Positions 11,901 to 21,689 are shown, numbered from the whole stretch's first letter. The stretch is DNA of 63,981 bases, filler included, from Sanchytrium tribonematis (GCA_018985235.1; 5 parts of 5 records of this genome joined end to end with filler, not necessarily neighbours in it); one strand, 5' to 3'. Made by a program: numbers and translations. The notes: generated from the sequence alone by a model not told the origin.

Positions 11901-13026
11901 TAAACTTGTATCGGACTTATTGGATACTAGAGTAATGATAAAACAATCAATGAAAATTTACTCAGATAAACATCTTTTAAGACTTTTAAATGCTCGGCAG
12001 TTGGCCCTCAAGCTACTTGCCAATGTGATTTATGGCTATACAAGTGCTTCTTTTAGTGGAAGAATGCCTATGGTTGAGGTTGCTGATTCAATTGTGGGGA
12101 TGGGACGATACACATTACAACATACGAAAGATTTTATCGAGGATCGATATCCTGTTTTTGTCAGATATGGAGACACTGACTCATTATTTATAGAATGTAT
12201 TGATTATGATCGAAAAAGCGCCATTGCATTCAGTCAAGAGCTAATCAAGGAAATCTCACACTCACTCCCAAATCCCATGAAATTAAAATTTGAGAAAGTC
12301 TATTTAAAGAGCTTCTTACTAACGAAAAAGAGATACTGTGGCTATAAAGTAGAAAATTTCAACGATGCACCAGAATTTGAAGCGAAAGGCATAGAGACCG
12401 TAAGAAGAGATGGATGTTTATTATGTAGTAATTTATTGAAAAAGGCTTTGATCTTTTTATTTGAAAACCCAAAAAAGAATCTTTTAATGAATTATTTGAC
12501 GGAGTTATTTGAAAATATACAAGATTACCCTTTGCTTTTTTTCATTATCGCAAAAGAAGTAAGGGTTGGCACTTACAAGCAACTGCCACCAGGAGCAATT
12601 GTCGCTCAGAGACAAATGGAAAACGAACCAGGATTTCAATCTCAGTATGGGGATCGTCAGCCCTATTTGGTGATATATAATGAAAGCAAATTGAAGGACA
12701 ATGTCGTGAGCCCTCATGAATTTCTTAATCGTAAGGATTGGATCATTAATTTCGACTACTACCTTGAAAAACAAATTTCACCTGTCTTTGAGAGAATATT
12801 TCAATTTGTAAATATTGACATTCCAAGTCTCATACGATCGTTGAATCGCAAAAATATAAATTATAGGATAATTTCAGCGACAAGAACTAAAGAGTATTAC
12901 CACCTTAATGAGATTTGTCGAAGTTGTATGCAAGAAACATGTCTACACAGTCACAATTTTAGCTGCGAAAATTACACATGCAAGGTTTTTGATAGAAAAT
13001 TGAAAATAAATGGAGAGTTTTATTAG
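8989..13026 (+). CDS. REV3: DNA polymerase zeta catalytic subunit
   Basis: Family-B motifs VDFQSLYPSIMIAHNYCFST, KLLANVIYGYTSASFSGRMP, YGDTDSLF and KGIETVRRDG; Rev3-typical RGSQYRVES and the central QVDGQ insert. Exact start codon uncertain. Confidence 0.95.
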   Translation: MIKNCVDSRRTMETIDLLIIENHQQSTLLDKYIIIHHEEETILDRAVMPQLHLEKSIGFSHFYKHSFDNAPVIYIYGNNSKSVSSLALIHQFYPFGFVKVPWQNSQDYVLNEPPPLTFSAAQHIDPTILIPTLKEFELMAQIYERLERFKISVLILTVHQYTSIYGFNSLERFIKITYLNPNDRFRLWTLLSNGKVAGINFECFNFHFHYLDIFMREFDLQGCNSVHLKCVRYRRNIELHKKWLELINATSISTVEIEFDSTISEVFFSKFVPDVLTQTTQQDDLLLNKAWLSRKWNIPSVKELWFDEFQRRKENNIQKKMSQESVRSVDLQVKSGIFDTNRLECDLTTFKNPEKYPEWEQKIRNIIDKVLISTTAKNVSIHEDYKFEACVYCCDSVFLSLENHLKNFENGIRDRSFQILTNESVDESLLIDQMMENYEVESLLSEDLPSEVSQYNSESSGNIILQVDGQNDKKSPKRSRKIPFKPLNVIKTPPHRKRNSRPAQIWSPIVTTPTKRPEQLSVMLDTPTKCAVTPKSDLLSAPSSNYIFSTPVYQSLDTNQYIYNLKPPLYTNAFSFSPDSQFLNLKRKNLVNSWIYLRPVPLYTKTEILCEQPKKIDHPLNSADTKRFICKILCLEILAHTSSFHYNPETDRITCISYSLQNNWQKYCEKSDVLVDDDEYNLIYQLINLIKAFEPDIILGWDIHNLSFGYLVKRCNIYNIDILHAISRTDAKIEGSKWSEVQSTAFSTSGRLFLNAWRICRNNIDLRLYTLENTYQHQFKESFPIIPYKELNFDSHFKKEFAISYIKRKCESVLKILDSIDFICQTIEFSRLYGIPFESVLLRGSQYRVESALYRLCKNNRLLMASPTKDQVNQQMAAEFIPLVMEPSSHFYENPVSVVDFQSLYPSIMIAHNYCFSTLICKLDSQDVSDQLGCFPKVFDKQLLRVFYKYLTLGPNGAVYVNSKVKQGILTKLVSDLLDTRVMIKQSMKIYSDKHLLRLLNARQLALKLLANVIYGYTSASFSGRMPMVEVADSIVGMGRYTLQHTKDFIEDRYPVFVRYGDTDSLFIECIDYDRKSAIAFSQELIKEISHSLPNPMKLKFEKVYLKSFLLTKKRYCGYKVENFNDAPEFEAKGIETVRRDGCLLCSNLLKKALIFLFENPKKNLLMNYLTELFENIQDYPLLFFIIAKEVRVGTYKQLPPGAIVAQRQMENEPGFQSQYGDRQPYLVIYNESKLKDNVVSPHEFLNRKDWIINFDYYLEKQISPVFERIFQFVNIDIPSLIRSLNRKNINYRIISATRTKEYYHLNEICRSCMQETCLHSHNFSCENYTCKVFDRKLKINGEFY

Positions 13027-13125
13027 AAAATTTTATCAAGTGCACACACATTGTTGATAACAATCAGCGATTTCGATTGGAACCAAAAAATCTAAGAATT
13101 AAGTATTGTAACTTGAGTTAAAGTC

Positions 13126-13244
13126 AGCTACGGCCATACACACCTGGAAACACCTGATCCTGTCAAATTTCAGAAGTTAAGCAGGTGCTGGCATGGTTAG
13201 TACTGCCATCGGAGACGGGGTGGGAATCCCATGTGCTGTAGCTT
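13126..13244 (+). rRNA. 5S rRNA gene (dispersed copy)
   Basis: AGCTACGGCCATAC...GAAGTTAAGC...GTTAGTACT...GGGAATCCCATGTGCTGTAGCT; helix I (AGCTACGGC/GCTGTAGCT) pairs; about 119 nt long; followed by T-tracts typical of a Pol III terminator. Confidence 0.92.
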
Positions 13245-13258
13245 TTGTCTTTTTGACC

Positions 13259-13358
13259 NNNNNNNNNNNNNNNNNNNNNNNNNNNNNNNNNNNNNNNNNN
13301 NNTTAATTAATTAANNNNNNNNNNNNNNNNNNNNNNNNNNNNNNNNNNNNNNNNNNNN
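13259..13358. other. Artificial contig-joining linker (N44-TTAATTAATTAA-N44)
   Basis: Identical 100-nt spacer with stops in all six frames occurs four times in the window. Confidence 0.98.
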
Positions 13359-13666
13359 GTATCTCGACTTTACCCACTATTCCTGAATTTCCTGAGGGCT
13401 TGTTGGAGGTGAAATTAGTTACCCCCGTCTGCAAATTAGCACCACTTACTATCACCAAGTGCCATAATGTCAAGCAACCAGACCGGCTTCTAAATGAGAT
13501 AAAAGATTTCCAAGCAAGTAAGTTGAAAAGCGTGAAATTATTGAAAAAGAATTCTTACGCATATCGACATGCGGAACTAGATGTACTCAAGCGTAAACTA
13601 CAAACCATTCGCCATAGATCTTGCACAACCAACTCTTCTGCTTCTGAAGCCAGTGATTGGAATTAG
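13359..13666 (+). CDS. 5'-partial gene ending in a WH2-like motif and a C-terminal Trp (WASP/WAVE VCA-like tail)
   Basis: Frame is open from the contig edge; LLNEIK.....LKSV resembles WH2, followed by amphipathic LDVLKRKLQTI and a terminal SEASDWN. Confidence 0.4.
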
Positions 13667-13743
13667 CCTGAAAATAAAGTGTATTCACAATTTAACTTTT
13701 CAATTTGAGAAGACAGAAAATATTTTAATACTGGAAAGTTTTA

Positions 13744-16700
13744 TTAAACATTGCCTCTTACTGGTGGCCGAAGAACGTGTATTTTAATCCTATCGTCATC
13801 AGTTACAGTTGAAGCATCTTGAGGTGATATTAGGATATATTGGCAATGCGAATCCTTGGCAGCATCGAGCAATATTTTGATCGCAATAGACCGTTGAAAA
13901 GGGTCCATATAAACGTCATATCTACATTAATCTTAGATACTCATCTAAACACCTGATTGGACTAGGAACGTGTTTCCATAAACTGCAAAGAAAGCACACA
14001 CTGGCAAAAGATTTTTCACCACCGCTAAGACTTTTAACGCTTCTAGATTCTAACTTCCGTTTTTTTGAAAGGGCCGTTATTTGATCAGCTTCTACTGCAA
14101 CCTTTATGTCTAGCTTCTCATCACGGTGATCAATTTCTAGTACTCCAGTGTATTGACGTTTGAGTAATAAATGAGTGAATGCCTGTTTAGTAGTTGAGGT
14201 CACTTGATCAAGATGGTGGGCCAATTTTTGCTTCCTAAGGTCCAATCCTGTTCGAATAACAGAGACCAATCGGACATAGTTCGCAACTGATTCTTTGGAG
14301 TCTAGGTATTCTTTCAAATTGTTGTTATATTCAGTTGCAGCCACCTCGTAGGATACATTTTCTCTATTTTGGTATTCCTCTCTTTCCTTTTGTACTATCT
14401 CCAATTGCGATTGAAGTTCAGATGAAGAAAATTCAGACTCGACACGCTCAGAAATCGTCAGTGCATTGCTTGATTTGATTTTTAAATCTTGAGATATTTT
14501 TTCGATATTTTGCTCGGCATTTCGAATTTGCTCCTCCGTTTTATTCTGAATCGCTCGATAACGAGCGTAGTCTCCCTTAGATTGAGCCTTTTCAGAACTT
14601 AATTTTGATTTATGTGACTCTAGTATTCGTAATTCATGTTCTCCCTCGCCCACATTACCAGCAAGCCGCTCCTGCTCCTCTCTAAGTGATAAAATAGCTT
14701 CGTCTCTTTCTTGACAATATTCTTCATATTCCGCGATTTGACTTTTATATGCAGAAATCTGAGTTCTACACTCTCCAATAGTATTCATGAGATTTTCATT
14801 TGTCTGAGGCGCATCCCTTTGAATTGCTTTTTTAATAGAATTTATGTTTGTAAGTATCGAACGCTCCTTTTCTTCAATTGATTCAAATTCCCTCTTAAAT
14901 ATTTTTGAAGTCTCAGTAAATTTGAGTAATTCATTTTCTTTATCTTTAAGTTTTCGCTCCAAAACTCTCCTTTCAGTGCTTAAATCACTCATCTGGTTTT
15001 GAAGTAAAGCTATAGCCTCTTGCTGAGTTGCTGCAAAAGGGGAGGCGGAACGAATTGCATTCAGATACTTTGACTGGCGACCTCCTTTAGTAGTACCAAT
15101 CTCGTAACCTGATATTTTGTTATTAGTCTGATCTACCTTGTAGCAAACTCGACAGACATTTCTTGGGTACCCATTGGATATTGCTGCCTCTGCAGCTGAT
15201 CTGCTTTCAAAAAGAAGTATCCCTTCAATTCGTAACGAGTCTATAAGCAACCGTTTGACATATTCGTCTTCAATTTGTAAAATGGATAATACATTAGTGT
15301 ATTTGGAGTCCGGCAATCCGTTGGTGTAATCAAACAAATCCCGACCGCGGTAGTTAATTGATGGCACCAAAGCTCGGAAGTTGCAACTTAAAATCATCTT
15401 TTGCAATTTTTGCTGATCCGTAGGATCGAATACGATAAAATCAGTCATCGACTGACTCAACAAGGTATCTAATACTCGCTGAAACTGCCTAAAATTTGAC
15501 TTAAGATGAACTGATAGTCCTATTGGTCCAATTGGTTTAATTTTCCATTCACTTCTATTAACCAAACTTATTAAACGCTCCATAGATTCTCCACCTAAAG
15601 CATGTATTCTATTCTTTTCAGCGCTTCTTAAACTCCTTAGATCCTTTTCGCAATCGGAATAAGTCTTTTCGAGCGCCAAAAAATTATTTTTTTCTTCTTT
15701 TAAAGAATTTTCAACCTGGAACATCATATTTCTGGAAAATTTTTCACATTTTTTTCCGGCTTCCGATTTTTTTGATAAAATTTGTTCTTTCTGAATTTCT
15801 AATTCTTTTAGTTTAATCTGATGGTCATGAACCTTGCTTTTTTGAGTGGAGGTGAATTCTTCATTTTCCTTCTCTAATTGCTTTTCATACCTCAAGAGCA
15901 TCCGGGCCTCTTTTTGCAGTATTTCCTCAATTTTTTCTTTCTTCTGCCGTATATCTCGATGCTTTCTTTGATTTTCTTTTATTTTTTGTGTAATTGAATC
16001 CTTCAATAGCCCGTTTGGATCTAATTTTTCAGTCAAAGTTTCAATTTGATCATTTATGGCGTCCAATTTGTCACTAATTACGTTGTATTCTAATTTGGCG
16101 TCTTCTGCTTGGTCATTAATTTTTTGAAGTTCATTATTAAATTTGGTCAAGTCATCTTTAGTCCGCTTCAATTTCAATTCTTCGTCAATGACAAATGCCC
16201 AGACCAGAGCTTGGCCAATTTTTTGTATGCTTTCATTAATGTTCTCCACCTGCTTCAATCGACCTAAAATTTTCTTTTTTTCATTCACAACTTTCTGAAG
16301 AATTTTCAAATTGCTTTTCTTTTCCTTTAAAAATGCACTTGCAGATCTAAACTGATCCTCTGTCTTTTCGTAAAACTCTTCTATTTCACTGAGTCTCGTT
16401 GCTTTTTTAAAAAATTCATACTTTTTCTTAGGTGTCGATGAAAATAAAAAAGTCTTAGCACTTTCTTGTGTAAGAACATTGAGTGGATTGCCAACTACAA
16501 TATTAAAGTGCTTTTCAAACATGTTTAGAACTCTTTTTCTCTCTCCATATATTTTAATTCCCTTAGAGTTTAGTAGCTTCCAAGTGCTTCCAGTTTTTTG
16601 AGATTGTATAGTTCGTTCGACAATTATTTCAGATCCAAAATTCTCGGGTTCAAAAGGGTATATCTTATTATCTATGACCAATCTAATTAAAGCCTGTCTC

Positions 16701-17140
16701 TTTCCATCCATGACAAGGTTACCTTGTTTATTACCACGGTCTGTGAAATTGCCTTTTCCACCTAAAATCAAAATCAAAGCGCATAAAACACTACTTTTAC
16801 CAGATCCGTTTTGACCCACTATAAAATTAATATTTTGATTAAATTCAAGGCTAAAATTTTCATGACACATAAAATTTTGCAAATGTATTGATTTTATCCA
16901 CATTCCTTCTATATCGTCATCTAAATCTGCAATTTGAGTCCGTACCTTTACTTTATCAATCTCAAAGTCACCCATCGAATGTTCTTGCTTGATTTTAGAA
17001 GATTTTTCAGGTAGTTTTTGCTTTTTGGTACCTCTATTATTAGCAATTGCGTGCCGCTTATTTTGTGTTGATATGGCCTCGTAAGAAGATTCAGAACCAT
17101 CAGTAAATACAATCATTCTATCATCCTCTGAATCAGACAT
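13744..17140 (-). CDS. SMC6: Structural maintenance of chromosomes protein 6; 19-nt intron at 13922-13940
   Basis: LQNFMCH, GQNGSGKS, LTQE (Q-loop), PIGPIG hinge and LSGGEKSF; splicing restores Walker B/D-loop CLDEYDVYMD and QYILISPQ. Confidence 0.95.
13922..13940 (-). other. 19-nt spliceosomal intron GTATCTAAGATTAATGTAG
   Basis: Removal converts CLDEYLRLM* into the conserved CLDEYDVYMD and adds a 59-codon terminal exon. Confidence 0.92.
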
Positions 17141-17204
17141 CTAAGTGTGAGGATTACGAGGAGGTTTTTTCGATTTCAGAATGAGTTTCTAAAGAAAGGT
17201 CATT

Positions 17205-18839
17205 ATGGAAAGCATTTTATCAAAGTCAATTGATAACAAAATTCTATTATTAGATTTATACAATCAGTGGTCAGGTCATTGTATTCCAGTTGAATCTTAT
17301 CTTCAAAAAGCATCTCCAGGAGTTGAATACGTGAAATTGGCAATGGACGACCTAGATGAATTTAAGGAACTTCAGAATGACTGCTCACCTCATTTATGTC
17401 TGATCAAAAACAAAACTGTATTTTATTATGCCACTATCCCAAATACTTTTGAAATTGAGCATGCAATAGAGGCTGTTAAAAATGTAGAACAACCCAAAAA
17501 AGTTGAAAACTTTAATTACATTCACCAAAATTCAAGAGAAGACAAAGCAGTAATTTCCAACGAAGAGCAGGTGGTTTTGGTCATTAAGCCAGACTCATTG
17601 GCATTAGAGTCGAATATTGTTGAGGCAATTAAAAGTAACAAATTCCAAATTCTTGAAAGAAAAAAAGTTTGGCTTCAGCGACAACAAGTTGAGACTATGT
17701 ACACTGAACATATGAAGACAGCGTTTTTTGAGGATTTATATGATTACATGACAGTGGGCCCAGTGGTTTTGTTAAAAGTATCTGGAAAAGATCCTACAGC
17801 CATTAAATCTATTGTAAATAACATCAGAGCAACTGAGGAGAGGGACAAGCTTCATAATGTTTTGTATTCATCTTCATCTGAAAAACAAGTCGCTTTGGAT
17901 ATGACTTTGTTTAATCTTGAACCAGTGGAAGATTTACCAAATGAGAAGTTTCCGGACGACACTGTCTTAGTATTGTGGAATACAAAAAATTCTGACTTAA
18001 AAGCATTAAATGCATATTTTAAGCATTTAAATATCTCTATTTTGAAAGAGCAAGTTAAAACGCTCTCTGAGACGCAGCTAGAGTACTTCATGTCAAAATT
18101 TGATACAATTTCTAGGGAAGAGTTATCCTTTAATTTATTTGAGGTGCGAATTTACCTGCTCAAATCAGATAAAATTTTGAATAAGTTGAGAGAATCATTG
18201 GCCATTTTGAACCCTTCTGAATATTGGAAGTATCCTAACACTTTAGTTTCAAAGCTGTGTTCTACCAGAGACAACAATGATCTCATAATTGCCTACTACT
18301 CATCAACAGAGTCCTGCTCGAGCGACAAAATCCTTCTATTAGACGGAACTCTTTCAGAAAGTAAAGTGTCTGAAAAATTGTTGTTTTTTATTAAGCCAGG
18401 CCTCGAGACTGAAAACAAGGAATCAATTTTGCAAATTTTAAAGACACAAGGATTTGAGTTTTTGGAAAGTAAAAGGGTAAAGCTTTCTGCTGAAAGAGTG
18501 AGACAGTTATATAAAAAACTTGAGCATTTAGAATTTTTTGATGAAATGATTAATTGGTTAACGGACGAAGAAATTACAGTTTACATTCTCGAAAAAGACA
18601 ATGGAATTTTAGACATGAAGCGGATTTTAGGCCCCAAGGATGTGTTTAAAGCAAAAGAAAAATTCCCAGATTGTGTTCGGGCCAAGTTCGCAACATCCTC
18701 CCAAAATTGGAAGAACTGTGCTCACTCTAGTGATTCTGACTCTGCCAAATTTGAGATATCGTTGTTTTTTGGCGATAAAATTATATCTAGAAATAACAGC
18801 ATGAAAGGCGGAAACTCAAGAAGTAAATTGTTAATTTAA
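17205..18839 (+). CDS. Thioredoxin-like plus tandem NDK-domain protein (NME8/NME9-like, flagellar)
   Basis: N-terminal LDLYNQWSGHC (degenerate Trx WCGPC); NDK repeats LVIKPD..FFEDLYDYMTVGP and FFIKPG..NCAHSSDS. Confidence 0.75.
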   Translation: MESILSKSIDNKILLLDLYNQWSGHCIPVESYLQKASPGVEYVKLAMDDLDEFKELQNDCSPHLCLIKNKTVFYYATIPNTFEIEHAIEAVKNVEQPKKVENFNYIHQNSREDKAVISNEEQVVLVIKPDSLALESNIVEAIKSNKFQILERKKVWLQRQQVETMYTEHMKTAFFEDLYDYMTVGPVVLLKVSGKDPTAIKSIVNNIRATEERDKLHNVLYSSSSEKQVALDMTLFNLEPVEDLPNEKFPDDTVLVLWNTKNSDLKALNAYFKHLNISILKEQVKTLSETQLEYFMSKFDTISREELSFNLFEVRIYLLKSDKILNKLRESLAILNPSEYWKYPNTLVSKLCSTRDNNDLIIAYYSSTESCSSDKILLLDGTLSESKVSEKLLFFIKPGLETENKESILQILKTQGFEFLESKRVKLSAERVRQLYKKLEHLEFFDEMINWLTDEEITVYILEKDNGILDMKRILGPKDVFKAKEKFPDCVRAKFATSSQNWKNCAHSSDSDSAKFEISLFFGDKIISRNNSMKGGNSRSKLLI

Positions 18840-18881
18840 GTTATACGACAACTTTGTGAAACACACCCCGCAATTTGCATC

Positions 18882-19283
18882 ATGATTGGAAGTGAATCGA
18901 AAAATCATCTCGCTTCGGAGAAAAGGCGAAGGAATCAAATTCGGACTGGATTTAGACATTTAGTGCTACTAGTCCCAGCTCTTAGAAATCACTTGGAGGA
19001 GCAAAGCGAAATATCGCAAGAGCTAATCAATGAGCAATACCTACAGGCCATTTTCGAGAAGAGCGCCACAGCTGACAACGATAAAGATATTATTGGTGGC
19101 CATCAGATGTCTAAATCAACTATTTTAGGTGCATCCTCTGAATTTATAGAAATTGTGGAAAACAACATTTATGATAATGTAAAGAAGCGATCGATTTTAG
19201 ACAATGAAATTCAGCAAATATCTGAGGATACTATAGCAGAAAAAAATCTGCTCTTCGATTCCATGATAAATGCAATACAGTAA
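18882..19283 (+). CDS. bHLH transcription factor (MLX/Ino4-like)
   Basis: Basic region/helix 1 NHLASEKRRRNQIRTGFRHLVLLVP and helix 2 MSKSTIL. Confidence 0.85.
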   Translation: MIGSESKNHLASEKRRRNQIRTGFRHLVLLVPALRNHLEEQSEISQELINEQYLQAIFEKSATADNDKDIIGGHQMSKSTILGASSEFIEIVENNIYDNVKKRSILDNEIQQISEDTIAEKNLLFDSMINAIQ

Positions 19284-19323
19284 ATATAAAAAATGTATTC
19301 CTATTTATTTAAATCTTCTAAAT

Positions 19324-19416
19324 ATTCTCAGCCGCAGAGATAAGCATCTCCCAATATCAACGGCAAGAATAGCAATTAATATCAATCAGTTGACTCTCTA
19401 AATTGCATCATTGAAT
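19324..19416 (-). ncRNA. Candidate box C/D snoRNA with LSU rRNA guides
   Basis: Minus strand: ATTC stem, C-like ATGATGC, guide TTAGAGAGTCA + CTGA (D'), guide TTATCTCTGCGG + CTGA (D), GAAT stem. The guides resemble complements of the conserved LSU segments AUGACUCUCUUAA and CCACAGGGAUAA, with mismatches. Confidence 0.65.
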
Positions 19417-19433
19417 TTTCAGAAGGATTATTT

Positions 19434-19500
19434 TTAATCAGTGGGTTTGGATAAAATTTTAAATCAGACGGCACTTCCAATCCTAAACTCATCATCAAAC
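19434..19500 (-). ncRNA. Candidate box C/D snoRNA
   Basis: Minus strand: ATGATGA (C), CTGA (D'), guide ATCCAAACCCA + CTGA (D) resembling the complement of LSU CUGGGUUUAGAC; short TTTGA/TTAAA terminal stem; no clear C' box. Confidence 0.55.
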
Positions 19501-19562
19501 TCTAGCAATCGAGAAAACACTTTTTCACTCGTTAAAAACATTCAATTATTAATAAAACATAT

Positions 19563-19662
19563 CTACGTTAGAATTTGTGGTTCAGCCATCCAAGGAAATA
19601 AACTTTCAGTACTCAAGTGGAAACTGCAACACCAGAATTCTTCATCTCTACAAAAGACTTAC
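19563..19662 (-). other. 100-nt snoRNA-hosting intron GTAAGT...CTAACGTAG
   Basis: CAG|GTAAGT donor and a CTAAC branch fused to TAG; encloses U14. Confidence 0.7.
19574..19654 (-). ncRNA. U14: U14 box C/D snoRNA (SNORD14/snR128 homologue)
   Basis: Minus strand: ATGAAGA (C variant), GCAGTTTCCAC (U14 domain A), TTCCTTGGATG-G-CTGA (domain B + D box, guide for the 18S Cm414-equivalent); TTTGT/ACAAA terminal stem. Confidence 0.88.
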
Positions 19663-19827
19663 CTGTATAGTAACAACCTGACTGTTTACTCCTTTCGTTG
19701 GTCCCCGATCTTTGTATTGAACATACACGTGATTCCTGCCAATCACTTTTTAATTCCTGACCCTTTTTCAAGGCCAAAAATTCATATAATTCTGAAACAC
19801 TCAATTCATAAACGATAGTCATAAATA

Positions 19828-20624
19828 ATGATAAAATCTAAAACTTCTTTATTTATGCAATATAGAAAGTCTTACAGAAAAACCACGATACCCTCTGACG
19901 CGGCTCCATTGCTTGATATACCTTTAACAGTTTTACCGCCTAAATATGTGGATGATTTGTATGAGTTAGATCAATCTTTGACGCAAAACAAACAGAAAAT
20001 CGAGTATCTACAGACAAAATTAAAAAACTCTTTGACAGGGCAGGATGATGTAGAAATGCAAAAATTAATTGAGTCGATTAGTCATAATATTCAAAGTATT
20101 CAATCAAAAATAAGTTTAATTAGATCTCCAGAAACATTGGCCGCTAATATTAGGCAAGGTTTGTTATTAAAATTACAGAATAATATTAAATTATACCAAT
20201 CTATTCAAACAAAGATAATACAGAATCAACTTCCATCACTACCTACTTCTCATGGCGGCTCAACAAGTCCAACTGGTGACTCTCTTTTGCAGGAATATCA
20301 ACTTGATCTTGTCCAAGCACCTAATGAAAATGCGCTAGAAATTGAACAGGTTACTGAATCTATTAAAGAAATGGCACAAGTCTTTCAACAGATATCGCAT
20401 TTGATTATGGAACAGGGTTCCCTGGTGGACAGAATCGATCAAAATATAGAAAATACACTACAACATGTGCAAGGCGCGGACGAGGAATTAGATCAAGTAT
20501 TTAAAAATTGACTTAGGGATTAAAATATCAATACAGTTCTACAAAAAGAAGCATAATATTTCTCCTTGCCTTAGTGGTATTCGCGTTGATACTTATTCTT
20601 TTATTTCGTAATAAACACAGCTAA
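19828..20624 (+). CDS. TLG2: Qa-SNARE syntaxin Tlg2/STX16; 20-nt intron at 20497-20516
   Basis: N-peptide KTSLFMQYR, LPPKYVD and SNARE motif IMEQGSLVDRIDQNIE; splicing adds the missing C-terminal TM helix IIFLLALVVFALILILLF. Confidence 0.9.
20497..20516 (+). other. 20-nt spliceosomal intron GTATTTAAAAATTGACTTAG
   Basis: Contains the in-frame TGA that ends the ORF; removal restores the syntaxin TM anchor. Confidence 0.92.
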
Positions 20625-20627
20625 AAT

Positions 20628-21584
20628 TTATTCTAATAATTCAGGATGAATTACATATCTCTGAATTTGCTCAGAATCTACTGCAATAACGCCAAATTTC
20701 TCTTTTCCGCGAACGGGAAATATAGCTAAATCTGACACATTATTGTCAAACGCAACATGAGTAGATATGAATTCCGGGGTGAAGTCGCAATCCTCATCAA
20801 CAAATTCAGAGTCCATTTTTGCTATATCAATCAAATGAATTTGATTTCCAACGGAAAGAAAAAATTGAGTTTTTGCAAAAGGATTCCATTTTAGTCGTTC
20901 AAAAGTTTCTTGCTCATCTGCAACCCATTGCGCTTTCATCCCGGAACGCAAATCATGTAATTCAACTTTCGAACTGGTCGCAAATAAGGCGTAGGGGTGA
21001 CTTTTATGAATAGAGATCGACTTGGCTTCACCGATTAATGGAATCTTATACAAGCAGGAAGTTGACTTTTCATTGTAAATACAAACATTTGCGTCCTCAT
21101 TATTGTCCATGACAAAGATCAGACTATCATCGAAAACATCGAGGGCGCAAGACGATTGTTCTACTTGCCAAGTCACATTTGAATCTTTCACAATTGCCAC
21201 ACCTGCCGTAAAGGAAATTGCAAATCCCCCTTGATATGGAGAAATAGACGTAATTTCATCACCAAATTTGGCAATTTCTTTTAGGGATTTATATTCCCCA
21301 TGATAAACAACACCAGTAGACGTACCAACAGTTAAAATTTCTTTATCCAAGTAAATGACTGTGACTTCTCCTTCAATATCAATTCTATCTTTCTCTTTTA
21401 GTTTGTGATCGAATCTAATGAGTTTATTTTCTGACTCCAAAATTGTTCCCATAAAAATATCTTTTGCCGTGGCTGCCAATGTAAAATCCAACCCGTCTTC
21501 CTCATTGATCTCACTGTATCCAAATGTCGAATAAAGATAATGAACATTATCGTTAAAAGTCTTGTGCTTGTTCTCTTTGGTCAT
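20628..21584 (-). CDS. Divergent WD40 protein (RBBP4/Hat2-like)
   Basis: WD-like repeats (VELHDLRS, LKWNPF, IHLIDIA) and PEFISTH resembling PELLFIH. Confidence 0.55.
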   Translation of the reverse strand: MTKENKHKTFNDNVHYLYSTFGYSEINEEDGLDFTLAATAKDIFMGTILESENKLIRFDHKLKEKDRIDIEGEVTVIYLDKEILTVGTSTGVVYHGEYKSLKEIAKFGDEITSISPYQGGFAISFTAGVAIVKDSNVTWQVEQSSCALDVFDDSLIFVMDNNEDANVCIYNEKSTSCLYKIPLIGEAKSISIHKSHPYALFATSSKVELHDLRSGMKAQWVADEQETFERLKWNPFAKTQFFLSVGNQIHLIDIAKMDSEFVDEDCDFTPEFISTHVAFDNNVSDLAIFPVRGKEKFGVIAVDSEQIQRYVIHPELLE

Positions 21585-21689
21585 TTACAAATTGGAACAA
21601 GGGATGAATTGCATAAGATTGGTTAATTAATCAGCCCAATCAAATCGACAATATTTTGAAATAAAAGGAAATTGTCCGTTCGTTTGTCA

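Noticed and set aside
19656..19795. ACTTACCTG on the plus strand as the 5' end of U1 snRNA
   Set aside because: No U1-70K loop or proper Sm site; better explained as the reverse complement of the CAG|GTAAGT donor of the U14-hosting intron.
19441..19822. ORFs 19441..19818 (+) and 19613..19822 (-) as proteins
   Set aside because: No recognisable motifs, a non-ATG start for the first, and both overlap the snoRNA cluster.
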